Shown: in pieces, positions 53,678-62,231 of the stretch | How the letters are laid out: each line of letters begins with the position of its first letter | How positions within the stretch are numbered: the first letter of the stretch is position 1 | Assembly: GCA_965224245.1 (NCBI GenBank) | Contig: OZ245046.1 | Coordinates: 1 to 64,000 of the forward strand | Length of the DNA: 64,000 bases | Source: Candidatus Eiseniibacteriota bacterium | GTDB taxonomy: Bacteria; Eisenbacteria; RBG-16-71-46; CAZAMP01 | Direction of reading: 5' to 3' | Notes under the pieces: model-generated | Databases searched by the model: none | Seen by the model: the letters and a program-made list of their open reading frames with translations, nothing else | Told to the model about the DNA's origin: nothing | Position numbers and translations under genes: made by a program

Positions 53678-54076
53678 TCAGAGTGGGATCAACGGGCAAA
53701 CGAAACGCCGGACCACGCCTCCGATCGCGATCTCTCCTCGATCGGCCGCGGCGTGCAGGTCCTCGGCGTTTGTGAACTGAACGGGATCTATCGTGAGCCA
53801 CTCGACGAGGTGAACCTCCCAGCGTCCTCCGTTGTAATCCGCGTCACCGGGAGCGGACTCCGAAACCGCGGCGAGCCCGTCACCCAGCACGTAGATCGCG
53901 TCGAAGTGGCCCGCGGGCGGCAAGTCCGTCGGCGTCGCCACCGTCTGGTAGGCCTCGTCGTGGGCATAGATCATCCCGCCGGGAGGGCCGACCTGCGCAG
54001 CTGCGTTCAACGCCAGGCCAGCGCCGGCCATCGTGAGTAGTGCACCGGCGATCAGGGTGCGAAAGTTTCTGTACAT
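53678..54076 (-). CDS. Small secreted hypothetical protein
   Basis: AAAGGAAG RBS, signal MYRNFRTLIAGALLTMAGAGLALNAAA and conserved-looking PGDADYNGGRW...FVCPLIP. Confidence 0.8.
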   Translation of the reverse strand: MYRNFRTLIAGALLTMAGAGLALNAAAQVGPPGGMIYAHDEAYQTVATPTDLPPAGHFDAIYVLGDGLAAVSESAPGDADYNGGRWEVHLVEWLTIDPVQFTNAEDLHAAADRGEIAIGGVVRRFVCPLIPL

Positions 54077-54556
54077 GCCGATACTTCCTTTCGGGTGTGC
54101 GCATGGGAATGCACGTCGTGGGCGCAGTTCGCGGACGGGGCGTGCACCGGAGGCGCCCTTTCGCTCCAGCGCCCGTACCTGACCCCGCGAAGCCGGATGC
54201 CGCCGTCGAGCTGAATACCGGATTCGGGAACGGGACCCGTCACGCCGAGCCCACCGCACGGGCCCGCCTGTATGCTGTCGCCGCAAGCCTCCGCGGCGAC
54301 GAGCGTCAATGCACGGGTGACCATGCGGTCAATTGAGCTCGTCATGATCGGAGTCTCCACTTGTGACATCTTGCTTTGACCGGGATCGAACTGAGTCCAG
54401 GTCGATGCCAATCCCTCGGTCGAGCTCGTCCGCCGTTGCGGGCGATGCAGGCACCGCATCGACGGGCTGCCACCGGGGTGATCGATCGCATCGAAACCGG
54501 GGTCGCTTGCTCACGTACCGAGCCTAGGTACGTCGTTGATTTGCAAACAAGGCAGG

Positions 54557-54608
54557 TCTAGGCGAATCCTTCGCGCAAGCGCTATAGTCGTATGTGGGGG
54601 TAGCCGTT
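54557..54608 (+). promoter_or_regulatory. Promoter of STAND paralog 1
   Basis: TCTAGGCGAATC-N14-TATAGT-N20-ATG, the same architecture as upstream of paralog 2. Confidence 0.7.
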
Positions 54609-57422
54609 ATGACTGGCGACTCTGTTCTTCCTGATGGGCCGGCGGTCAAGCGCCTCCGGAGGTCCAGAGGCTGGACTCAGGAGGACGTGGCCCAGAGGAT
54701 CCAGGATCGGGTCGGCCCATTCTCGAAACGAACGTTGCAGAGCATCGAGGCCGGCAGACCCGTCCACCTTCGCAGCATCCGGCTGGTCGCGGAAGAGCTG
54801 GGGCACGACGTCACGGCTTTGATGAAGGCTCCAGGAACGGTGCCGCACAATCTTCCGCCCCCGCTCACGAGCTTCGTCGGTCGCACGCAGGTCTTGGCCG
54901 AGGTCACGGCGCATCTCGAAGCCAGTCGATTCCTGACGCTCACCGGACCCGGAGGCTGCGGCAAGTCCCGGCTCGCGCTGGAGGTCGCCCGGGATCTTCT
55001 GCCGGATCACCCCGACGGCGTGTGGCTGGTCGAGCTCGCGTCCCTCACGACGCCGGCGCTGGTACCGCAGGCCGTTGCCGCCGCACTGGGGGTTCGCGAG
55101 GGGCATGAACGGAACGTGACCGAGTTGTTGCGCGAGCACCTCGCGAACCGCGTGTCGCTTCTGATCCTCGACAACTGTGAGCACCTGCTTTCCGCCTGCG
55201 CCCGGCTCATCGGCGATCTCTTGCCGGTCTGTCAGCGGCTCCGGTTTCTGGCGACGAGCCGAGAGAGCCTGAGCCTCGATGGGGAGGCGACCTATCTGGT
55301 TCCCCCGTTGCAGCTGCCCGACGAGCATGATCAGCTCGGCGAGCTACAGGGGGTCGAATCGGTTCGACTGCTCGTCGAACGCGCCGCCGCCGTGCGGTCC
55401 GACTTCTCCCTGTCGGGCTCGAACGCCTCGGCCGTGGGCGAGATCTGCCGTCACCTGGATGGGATCCCGCTGGCGCTGGAGCTGGCTGCGGCCCGCGTGA
55501 AGACGATGCCCATACACGAGATCAACGAGCGTCTCGCCGATCGCTTCCATCTCCTGACCGATGGTCATCGCGCGACACTCTCTCAGCATCGGACGCTGCG
55601 CGCACTGATCGACTGGAGCCATGACCATCTGTCGGACGACGAGCGGGTACTGCTACGGCGCCTGTCGGTGTTCGGCGACGGTTGGACCCTGCCGGCGGCA
55701 GAGAGCGTGTGCGTGGGCGGCAACATCGAGAAGGACGCGGTGGTCGACCTCCTGTCACATCTGGTGAGCAAGTCTCTGGTGGAGCTGGACTCACACGGCG
55801 GGCGAGGGACGGGAAAGGGTCGCTACAGGTTGCTGGAGACCATGCGCCAGTACGCGCTGGAGCGCCTCGTCGAGGGTGGGGAGGAACGAGACGTTCGTAG
55901 ACGCCATCGCCGGTGTTTCATGGCACTCGCCGAGGAGGCCGAGCCTCAGCTCGACGGCCCGGATCAGCAGGCATGGCTCTCGCTTCTCCAGGACGAGAAC
56001 GGCAACCTGCGAGCTGCGGCAAAGGTGCGCGTCGACGAGCGAGAGGACGAGAGCGAGGAGCGGTTGCGGCTGGCGGGAGCACTGGGACTGTTCTGGGAGG
56101 TCTGTGGATATCGGAGCGAGGGTCGAGCGATCTGCACTGAGCTCCTGGACTCCTCCGAACCGGATGGTCGATCGACGATCCGGGCCAAGGTCCTGAGAAC
56201 CGCGGGCCGGCTGGCACTGCTCCTCGGAAAGACGTCGGAGGCACGCACTCGTTTCGAGGACAGCCTGAGGATGAGCCGTGAGCTCGCGTGCGGGAGTGGG
56301 ATCGCATCGTCGCTGAACGAGCTCGGCGTGCTCGCAACGGATCAGGGAGACTTCGCCGAGGCACGCAAGCTCCTGGGGGAGAGCGTGGCCATCCGGAAGG
56401 AGCTGGGAGACCGATGCGGCGTCGCCAACACGCTCATGAACCTCGGCGTGGTGGCCCGAAAGCAAGGCGACCACGACCAGGCGCGTTCTCTCTTCGAGGA
56501 GAGCCTGGCCATCCGGAGGAATCTGGGGGATCGACGCGGGATCGCCATGGTGCTGGCAAACCTCGGGAACGTGGCCTTCGGGCGGTGCGACTTCGCCACG
56601 GCCCACCGCCTGTACGAGGAGGGTCTCGTCATGTTCCGGGAGCTGGGCGACAAGCACGGAGTCGCCAGCACGCTCAACAACCTCGGAAACGTGGCAAAGC
56701 GACGACACGACTACGTCGCGGCACGCACCCTCTACGAGGATGGTCTGGCGATCTGCAGGGAGCTGGGCGACAAGCGTGGCACCGCGCGGGCGCTTCAGAA
56801 TCTGGGGAGCATGGCCCTCAATGTCGGCGAGCACACCAAGGCCCGCTCGCTCTCGGAGGAGAGCCTGGACATGTTCCGTGAGCTGGGAGACATGCAAGGC
56901 GTCGCCCAGGTGCTCGGAAACCTGGGAATCGTCGCCAGGCATCAGGGTCTTCACGCCGAAGCGCGCGCCCGGTCCGAGGACAGCCTGGCCATCAGTCGCA
57001 AGCAAGGGGACAAGCAAGGGATCGCCGAGGCACTGGGCGAGCTGGCCCTGGTCGCTTGCGGTGAAGGTGACCTCGCGCGAGCAACGACGCTGTGCTCGCA
57101 GAGCCTGTCGATCTGTCGCGAGATGGGAGACACCGGCGGAATGGCGGAGTGTCTGGTGAGTCTGGGGTGCATTGCCGGCCAGGAGCATCGCCTCGACCGG
57201 GCCATCCGCCTGCTGGCGTCGGGACGCACCGCCGCAGAGCACATCGCGTACGTCTTCAGCCCGTCCACGCAGGAGCGGTTCGAGGCCAGCCTGTCGGTGT
57301 TGCGTGCCCGCGTGGATGCCGAGACGTTCGATCGTGAGTGGTCCGCCGGTCAGGCGATGCATCCCGACCGGGCGATCGAGTACGCCCTGGACGAGTCTGC
57401 TCCGGGAGTGCCGACGTCGTAG
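54609..57422 (+). CDS. XRE HTH - NB-ARC (STAND ATPase) - TPR regulator, paralog 1
   Basis: KRLRRSRGWTQEDVA, HNLPPPLTSFVGR, Walker A GPGGCGKS, Walker B LILDNCEH, LDGIPLALELAAAR and about 40-aa LGDxxGxAxxLxNLG repeats. Confidence 0.95.
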   Translation: MTGDSVLPDGPAVKRLRRSRGWTQEDVAQRIQDRVGPFSKRTLQSIEAGRPVHLRSIRLVAEELGHDVTALMKAPGTVPHNLPPPLTSFVGRTQVLAEVTAHLEASRFLTLTGPGGCGKSRLALEVARDLLPDHPDGVWLVELASLTTPALVPQAVAAALGVREGHERNVTELLREHLANRVSLLILDNCEHLLSACARLIGDLLPVCQRLRFLATSRESLSLDGEATYLVPPLQLPDEHDQLGELQGVESVRLLVERAAAVRSDFSLSGSNASAVGEICRHLDGIPLALELAAARVKTMPIHEINERLADRFHLLTDGHRATLSQHRTLRALIDWSHDHLSDDERVLLRRLSVFGDGWTLPAAESVCVGGNIEKDAVVDLLSHLVSKSLVELDSHGGRGTGKGRYRLLETMRQYALERLVEGGEERDVRRRHRRCFMALAEEAEPQLDGPDQQAWLSLLQDENGNLRAAAKVRVDEREDESEERLRLAGALGLFWEVCGYRSEGRAICTELLDSSEPDGRSTIRAKVLRTAGRLALLLGKTSEARTRFEDSLRMSRELACGSGIASSLNELGVLATDQGDFAEARKLLGESVAIRKELGDRCGVANTLMNLGVVARKQGDHDQARSLFEESLAIRRNLGDRRGIAMVLANLGNVAFGRCDFATAHRLYEEGLVMFRELGDKHGVASTLNNLGNVAKRRHDYVAARTLYEDGLAICRELGDKRGTARALQNLGSMALNVGEHTKARSLSEESLDMFRELGDMQGVAQVLGNLGIVARHQGLHAEARARSEDSLAISRKQGDKQGIAEALGELALVACGEGDLARATTLCSQSLSICREMGDTGGMAECLVSLGCIAGQEHRLDRAIRLLASGRTAAEHIAYVFSPSTQERFEASLSVLRARVDAETFDREWSAGQAMHPDRAIEYALDESAPGVPTS

Positions 57423-57518
57423 TCCGTCCCTCGCCAGGAGCGGGCGCGACCGCGTGATGGAAACGCCGAGTGATGTCTCGACGCCGGATTCGCAGTCGAC
57501 GCGTCCTCCGGCCAGCCT

Positions 57519-60308
57519 TCACGCATCCAGTGCGTACTCGACGGCGCGTTCGACGTCCATCGTCTCTCCGGCCGACCACTCGTGAGCGAACTCGCGCTCG
57601 GGCATACGGCGGCGCAGCTCCGACTCGCACGTCTGGATGCGTTCGGACGTCATCTGGTCGAAGTCGATGTCGATGCGCCTGGCTGCTAGTTGCCCCGATG
57701 CCAGGAGTCGGATCGCGCGATCGACGTGGCCATCCCGGGCTTCGATGCATCCCAGACCTACCAGACGCTCCGCCATTCCCGCGGTGTCATCGAGTTCACG
57801 CCAGAGGGCCAGGCTCTCCACACACAGAGAGCGAGCGCGGACGTGGTCGCCCTCACGCCAGGCCATCAGCTCGAGATCACCCAGCGACGTGGCGATTCCC
57901 GGCCGGTCACCGAGCTCGCGGCAAATCTCGAGTCCTTCTTCGACCAGCAAGCGCGCCTCCGCATGCATTCCTTGATGTCGGGCGACGGTGCCGAGGTTGC
58001 TCAGCAGGTGAGCGACGCCGTATCTGTTTCCCAGTTCCCGACTGATGGCGATGCTCTTCTCGTAGAGCCGGCTTGCCTCCGGATAGTCGCACTGCTTGGC
58101 GGCTACGTTTCCGAGATTCTGAAGCGCAGTGCCCTCTCCGCGTCGGTTGCCCAGCTCCCGCGCGATCGAGAGTGCCTCTTCGTAGTAGGAGCGTGCCGCC
58201 TCGAGATCGTGCCTTCTTCCCGCCACGTTTCCCAGGTTGTTCAGCGTCTGGGCCCCGCTGTGTTTGTCACCGAGGTCCTGAAACAACCTCAAGCCCTCAG
58301 TGTAGAGCAGGTGGGCCTCCGCGACGTCATGCTGGACGTACGCCACGTTTCCCAGGTTGACGAGCACTTTGGCGATCCCTCGCTCGTCGCCGAGATCCCG
58401 TCTCATCGCCAGGCTCTCCTCGAGGAGTGATCGCGAGGCGGCGAGATCCCCCTGTCTCTGGGCCACGATGGCCTGGTTCATCAGGCAGTCGGACACACCC
58501 CGTCGGTCACCGATCGCGGATCGGATCGCGAGGCTCTTCGCGTAGAGTTCGGTGGCGCGATCGAACTTGCCGCGGTCCGAGGCCAGGACGCCGAGCTCGT
58601 TGAGTGATGACGCGACACCGCCTTCATCACCCAGTTCCTGGTACGCGGCCAGGCTCTCTTCGTAGCAAACACTTGCGTCGTCGATGTCACCGAGAAGCGC
58701 GTTCAGTCTTCCCGTCGTCCTCAGCACCGTCGCACGCGTGGGGGTTTTGCCACTGGCCTCGGTGCGACCGAGCAGCTCCGTGCAGATCGTGCGGCCCTCG
58801 CTCTGGTATCCGCAGACATCCCAGAAGCGCCCGAGTGCCGCGGCCAGCTGCAATCCCACCTCGTCATAGGCGCTGTCCTCGGAGTCGCTCTCGAAGGCGG
58901 CCCGCAGATTGTCGTGCTCCGCACTCAGCCGAGAGAGCCAGATCGCCTGATCCGGACCGGTGAGGTGGGGCTCGGCCCTCCGGGCGAGAGCCAGGAAGAA
59001 GCTCCGGAACCGCCTGTGGAACTCCGAGGCATCATCCTCGCTCTCCATGAGGCGCTCCAGCGCGTACTGGCGCACCGTGTCCAGAAAACGGTATCGGCTG
59101 CCATCGGTGGCCCGCGTCTGGACGGTGTTCGCGAAGACGAGCGATTTGCTCACCAGGCTCGACAGGACGTCCAGCACGCCGCCCGCCGCGACGTCGTCGC
59201 CGGCGCAGACGTACTCCGCCGCCGAGAGGTCCCAGCCACCGACAAACAGCGACAGTCGCCGGAAGAGCATCCGCTCGGCATCCGACAGGGTGTCGTAGCT
59301 CCAGTCGATCAGTGCGCGCAGGGTCCGATGTCTGGCGGCCTTGTCCCGAGGACCATCCGTGAGCAACCGAAAGCGATCGGCGAGTCGCTCGGCGATTCCC
59401 TCCACCGAGATCGACCTCACGCGCGCGGCGGCCAGCTCCAGCGCCAGCGGAATGCCGTCCAGTTGACGGCAGATCTCGAGCACCGCCGGCGCATTCGATT
59501 CCGTCAGCACGAAATCCGCACGAACGGCGGCGGCGCGCTCGACGAACAGCCGAACCGATTCGACACTCCGCAGCTCGTCGAGACACTGGTGCGCTTCGGG
59601 CAGCTGCAGGGGGGGAACCAGATACGTGGCTTCGCCGTCGAGGTTCAGGGTCTCCCGGCTCGTTGCCAGGAATCGCAGCTCGGGGCAAGCGGGCAGCAGC
59701 TCGCCGACGAGTCGGGCGCACGGATCGATGAGATGCTCACAGTTGTCGAGAACCAAGAGCATCCGTCGATTCCTCAGATGGTCCGCCAGACGCTCGGTCA
59801 GCGGCGCTTTCCCGTCCTCCCTGATGCCGAGAGCCGATGCGAGGGCCTGTGGTACGAGACTCGACGAGGTGAGGGGGGCCAGCTCCACGAGCCACACGCC
59901 GTCGGAGTAGTCGGGTATCAGATCGCGGGCGACCTCCAGTGCCAGCCGGGACTTGCCGCCCCCTCCCGTCCCCGTCAACACGACGAGCCGATGGAGCTCC
60001 AGCAGGTGCTCGACCTCGGCGAGCTCCTTCTCTCGACCGATGAAGCTCGTCAGGGGGGACGGCAGGTTGTGTGCCGGGGCGACGTGTTCTCGCACGAGTC
60101 GCTTCACGTCCGTCCCCAGCTCTTCCGCCACGAGCCGGATGCTACGAAGGTGAACCGGTCGCCCCGCCTCGATCTTCTGGAGGGTCCGCTTCGAGAAAGG
60201 TCCGGTCCGATCCTGGATCCTCTGGGTCACGTCCTCCTGGGTCCAGCCCCGGGAGCGGCGGAGACGCTTGACCGCAGGACCATCAGGGACGACGGAGTCA
60301 CCAGGCAT
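57519..60308 (-). CDS. XRE HTH - NB-ARC (STAND ATPase) - TPR regulator, paralog 2
   Basis: Same architecture with Walker A GTGGGGKS, LVLDNCEH, LDGIPLALELAAAR and TPR repeats. Convergent with paralog 1. Confidence 0.95.
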   Translation of the reverse strand: MPGDSVVPDGPAVKRLRRSRGWTQEDVTQRIQDRTGPFSKRTLQKIEAGRPVHLRSIRLVAEELGTDVKRLVREHVAPAHNLPSPLTSFIGREKELAEVEHLLELHRLVVLTGTGGGGKSRLALEVARDLIPDYSDGVWLVELAPLTSSSLVPQALASALGIREDGKAPLTERLADHLRNRRMLLVLDNCEHLIDPCARLVGELLPACPELRFLATSRETLNLDGEATYLVPPLQLPEAHQCLDELRSVESVRLFVERAAAVRADFVLTESNAPAVLEICRQLDGIPLALELAAARVRSISVEGIAERLADRFRLLTDGPRDKAARHRTLRALIDWSYDTLSDAERMLFRRLSLFVGGWDLSAAEYVCAGDDVAAGGVLDVLSSLVSKSLVFANTVQTRATDGSRYRFLDTVRQYALERLMESEDDASEFHRRFRSFFLALARRAEPHLTGPDQAIWLSRLSAEHDNLRAAFESDSEDSAYDEVGLQLAAALGRFWDVCGYQSEGRTICTELLGRTEASGKTPTRATVLRTTGRLNALLGDIDDASVCYEESLAAYQELGDEGGVASSLNELGVLASDRGKFDRATELYAKSLAIRSAIGDRRGVSDCLMNQAIVAQRQGDLAASRSLLEESLAMRRDLGDERGIAKVLVNLGNVAYVQHDVAEAHLLYTEGLRLFQDLGDKHSGAQTLNNLGNVAGRRHDLEAARSYYEEALSIARELGNRRGEGTALQNLGNVAAKQCDYPEASRLYEKSIAISRELGNRYGVAHLLSNLGTVARHQGMHAEARLLVEEGLEICRELGDRPGIATSLGDLELMAWREGDHVRARSLCVESLALWRELDDTAGMAERLVGLGCIEARDGHVDRAIRLLASGQLAARRIDIDFDQMTSERIQTCESELRRRMPEREFAHEWSAGETMDVERAVEYALDA

Positions 60309-60360
60309 AACCTACACCCCCACAACCGATTGTACTGCGTGCGCGTAAGATTCGCCTAGA
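60309..60360 (-). promoter_or_regulatory. Promoter of STAND paralog 2
   Basis: On the minus strand: TCTAGGCGAATC-N14-TACAAT-N20-ATG. Confidence 0.7.
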
Positions 60361-60616
60361 GTTGCATTGTCCGTCGCGCCCACCTGGGCGTACGGTCGAT
60401 TCGAGGCGGAGACGCGTCTTTCCTCGCCGCCTCGATGGAGCGGTCGCAGGCTGCATCGGGAGGTCGGCCGCGATCGGTAGGAAGTCCACGGTGTCGGGGC
60501 TGAAGCGTGGCCGGGGATCACGTCTCGCACTGGAAGCTACGCGCGATGTTCGATCGAGCGAACATGTCACGTTTGCGACTGATCCGCAATGGATCGACAG
60601 GTGAAGGAGAAGCCCC

Positions 60617-62101
60617 GTGAGACCTACGATCACGACGCGGAGCATCGGAGCCGTCCGGATGACATCCCGAGCTCTTGCGTGGACACTCGTAGCCGCCGCA
60701 TTCCTCACGACGTTCTCGAGGGATGCCCGATGCGAGGAGTGCATCCCGGGCTGGGACCAGTATCCCGTCTTCCAGACGAATACCGTCTACGGCGTCTTCG
60801 AACACGACGGTGTCGTGTACCGTGGCGGCTGGTTCTCGCTGTTTCGCTGGACGGGCAGTGACTGGGAGACGTTCGGCGGTGGCATAGGAGGCGACGACGG
60901 GACCCTGTTTGCGGCCGACTTCGCCATCTACGAGACGGACCTCGTCGTGGGCGGTCATTTCCCCACCGCCGGAGGAATCGTCGTCAACTCGATCGCGACC
61001 TGGGATGGAACGACCTTCGGAACCGTCGGCTCGGGGGTGGGTGGTGAGATCAAGGCGCTCGTCGTCTACGACGGAGACCTGATCGCGGGCGGCCGCTTCT
61101 CCCGCGCGGGTGAGGTCTCGGCGCGCAACATCGCACGTTGGGACGGTAGCACCTGGCACGCGATGGGGTCTGGCGTCTACGATGCGATCCCGGATGGGAC
61201 GACCGACGGAGTGCAGGATTTCGTCGTCTGGAGGGGGGATCTCTACGTCGTCGGCGACTTCACTCACGCCGGCAGCGGTGAGGTCTCGTACATCGCTCGC
61301 TGGAACGGCTCCACGTGGTCCGACGTGGGCGGCGGCATCTCGATGATCGACGGCGGCCCCACCGGTCTCCGCGGTGTCGACGTTCACGACGACAACCTCG
61401 TGATCGTGGGAGCCCTCGACTTCGCCGGTGGCGTCGCGGCGATCAACATCGCGCGATGGGATGGCGTGTCCTGGTCCCCCGTGGGCTCTGGATCGGATCC
61501 CTATGGTGGGTTCCTGGATCTCCGTCAGGCGGCCCTATCGGTGGCCTCGTACAACGGTCTCCTCTATGTCGGAGCCGACTTCAGCGAGGCGGTGAACCCG
61601 AGAGCGGAAGCGGTTGCGGTCTGGGACGGTCAGCGATGGAAGCCGGTGGGTCATGGACTGGACTACGGTGGATACCCGCCGAATCCCCTGGTGCTGGATT
61701 TGGAGGTGTGCGACGGGTCTCTCCTGATGGGAGGCATATTCGACGTTGCCGACCAGGAGCCGACCGACAACATGACACGCTACACTGATTGTGACGTCGT
61801 GGTCGGCGTGGCCGGAGCGTACGAAGCGGATACGCCGCTTCAGGTTCGGCTCCCGAAGAACCCGATGCGGTCCCGCTTCCACTTCTCGATCGACCTCGAG
61901 TCGCCGGCACGCGTTCGAGCGAGTCTTCTCGACGTACAGGGGAGGAGGGTCGACCTCTTGCTGGATCAGTCCCTGTCAGCCGGAAGTCATGGGTTCCCGG
62001 TGGAACTCGAATCGCGTCGAGCGACGCCGAAGGGGGTCTACTTCCTGCTTGTCGAGGCAGGGCCATCGACGGTGACGAGAAAGCTGGTCCTCGTTCCGTA
62101 G
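60617..62101 (+). CDS. Secreted beta-propeller protein (GG.F...IARWDGxxW repeats) with T9SS-type C-terminal domain
   Basis: Repeats L(Y/I)VGGxF...NIARWDGSTW. C-terminus NPM...LLDVQGRRV...GVYFL...TRKLVLVP. Confidence 0.9.
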   Translation: MRPTITTRSIGAVRMTSRALAWTLVAAAFLTTFSRDARCEECIPGWDQYPVFQTNTVYGVFEHDGVVYRGGWFSLFRWTGSDWETFGGGIGGDDGTLFAADFAIYETDLVVGGHFPTAGGIVVNSIATWDGTTFGTVGSGVGGEIKALVVYDGDLIAGGRFSRAGEVSARNIARWDGSTWHAMGSGVYDAIPDGTTDGVQDFVVWRGDLYVVGDFTHAGSGEVSYIARWNGSTWSDVGGGISMIDGGPTGLRGVDVHDDNLVIVGALDFAGGVAAINIARWDGVSWSPVGSGSDPYGGFLDLRQAALSVASYNGLLYVGADFSEAVNPRAEAVAVWDGQRWKPVGHGLDYGGYPPNPLVLDLEVCDGSLLMGGIFDVADQEPTDNMTRYTDCDVVVGVAGAYEADTPLQVRLPKNPMRSRFHFSIDLESPARVRASLLDVQGRRVDLLLDQSLSAGSHGFPVELESRRATPKGVYFLLVEAGPSTVTRKLVLVP

Positions 62102-62231
62102 ACCCGACGCCGCGTCACCAGCACGTCGAGTGCTCGCAGTTCCTCGACCGGGACTTTGGCCTGCGTCGCCGCGCCCGGCCGGGAACCACGATCACTCCAC
62201 GAGAGAACACCATGACGTCGGACGTGGAGCA

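Noticed and set aside
54052-54345. Possible 97-aa minus-strand ORF with GGAG RBS upstream of the small secreted gene
   Set aside because: Atypical composition, overlaps the next gene start and has no motif support.
54609-60308. STAND pair as an invertible element or transposon inverted repeats
   Set aside because: The copies differ at many synonymous sites and there is no recombinase or transposase in the window.
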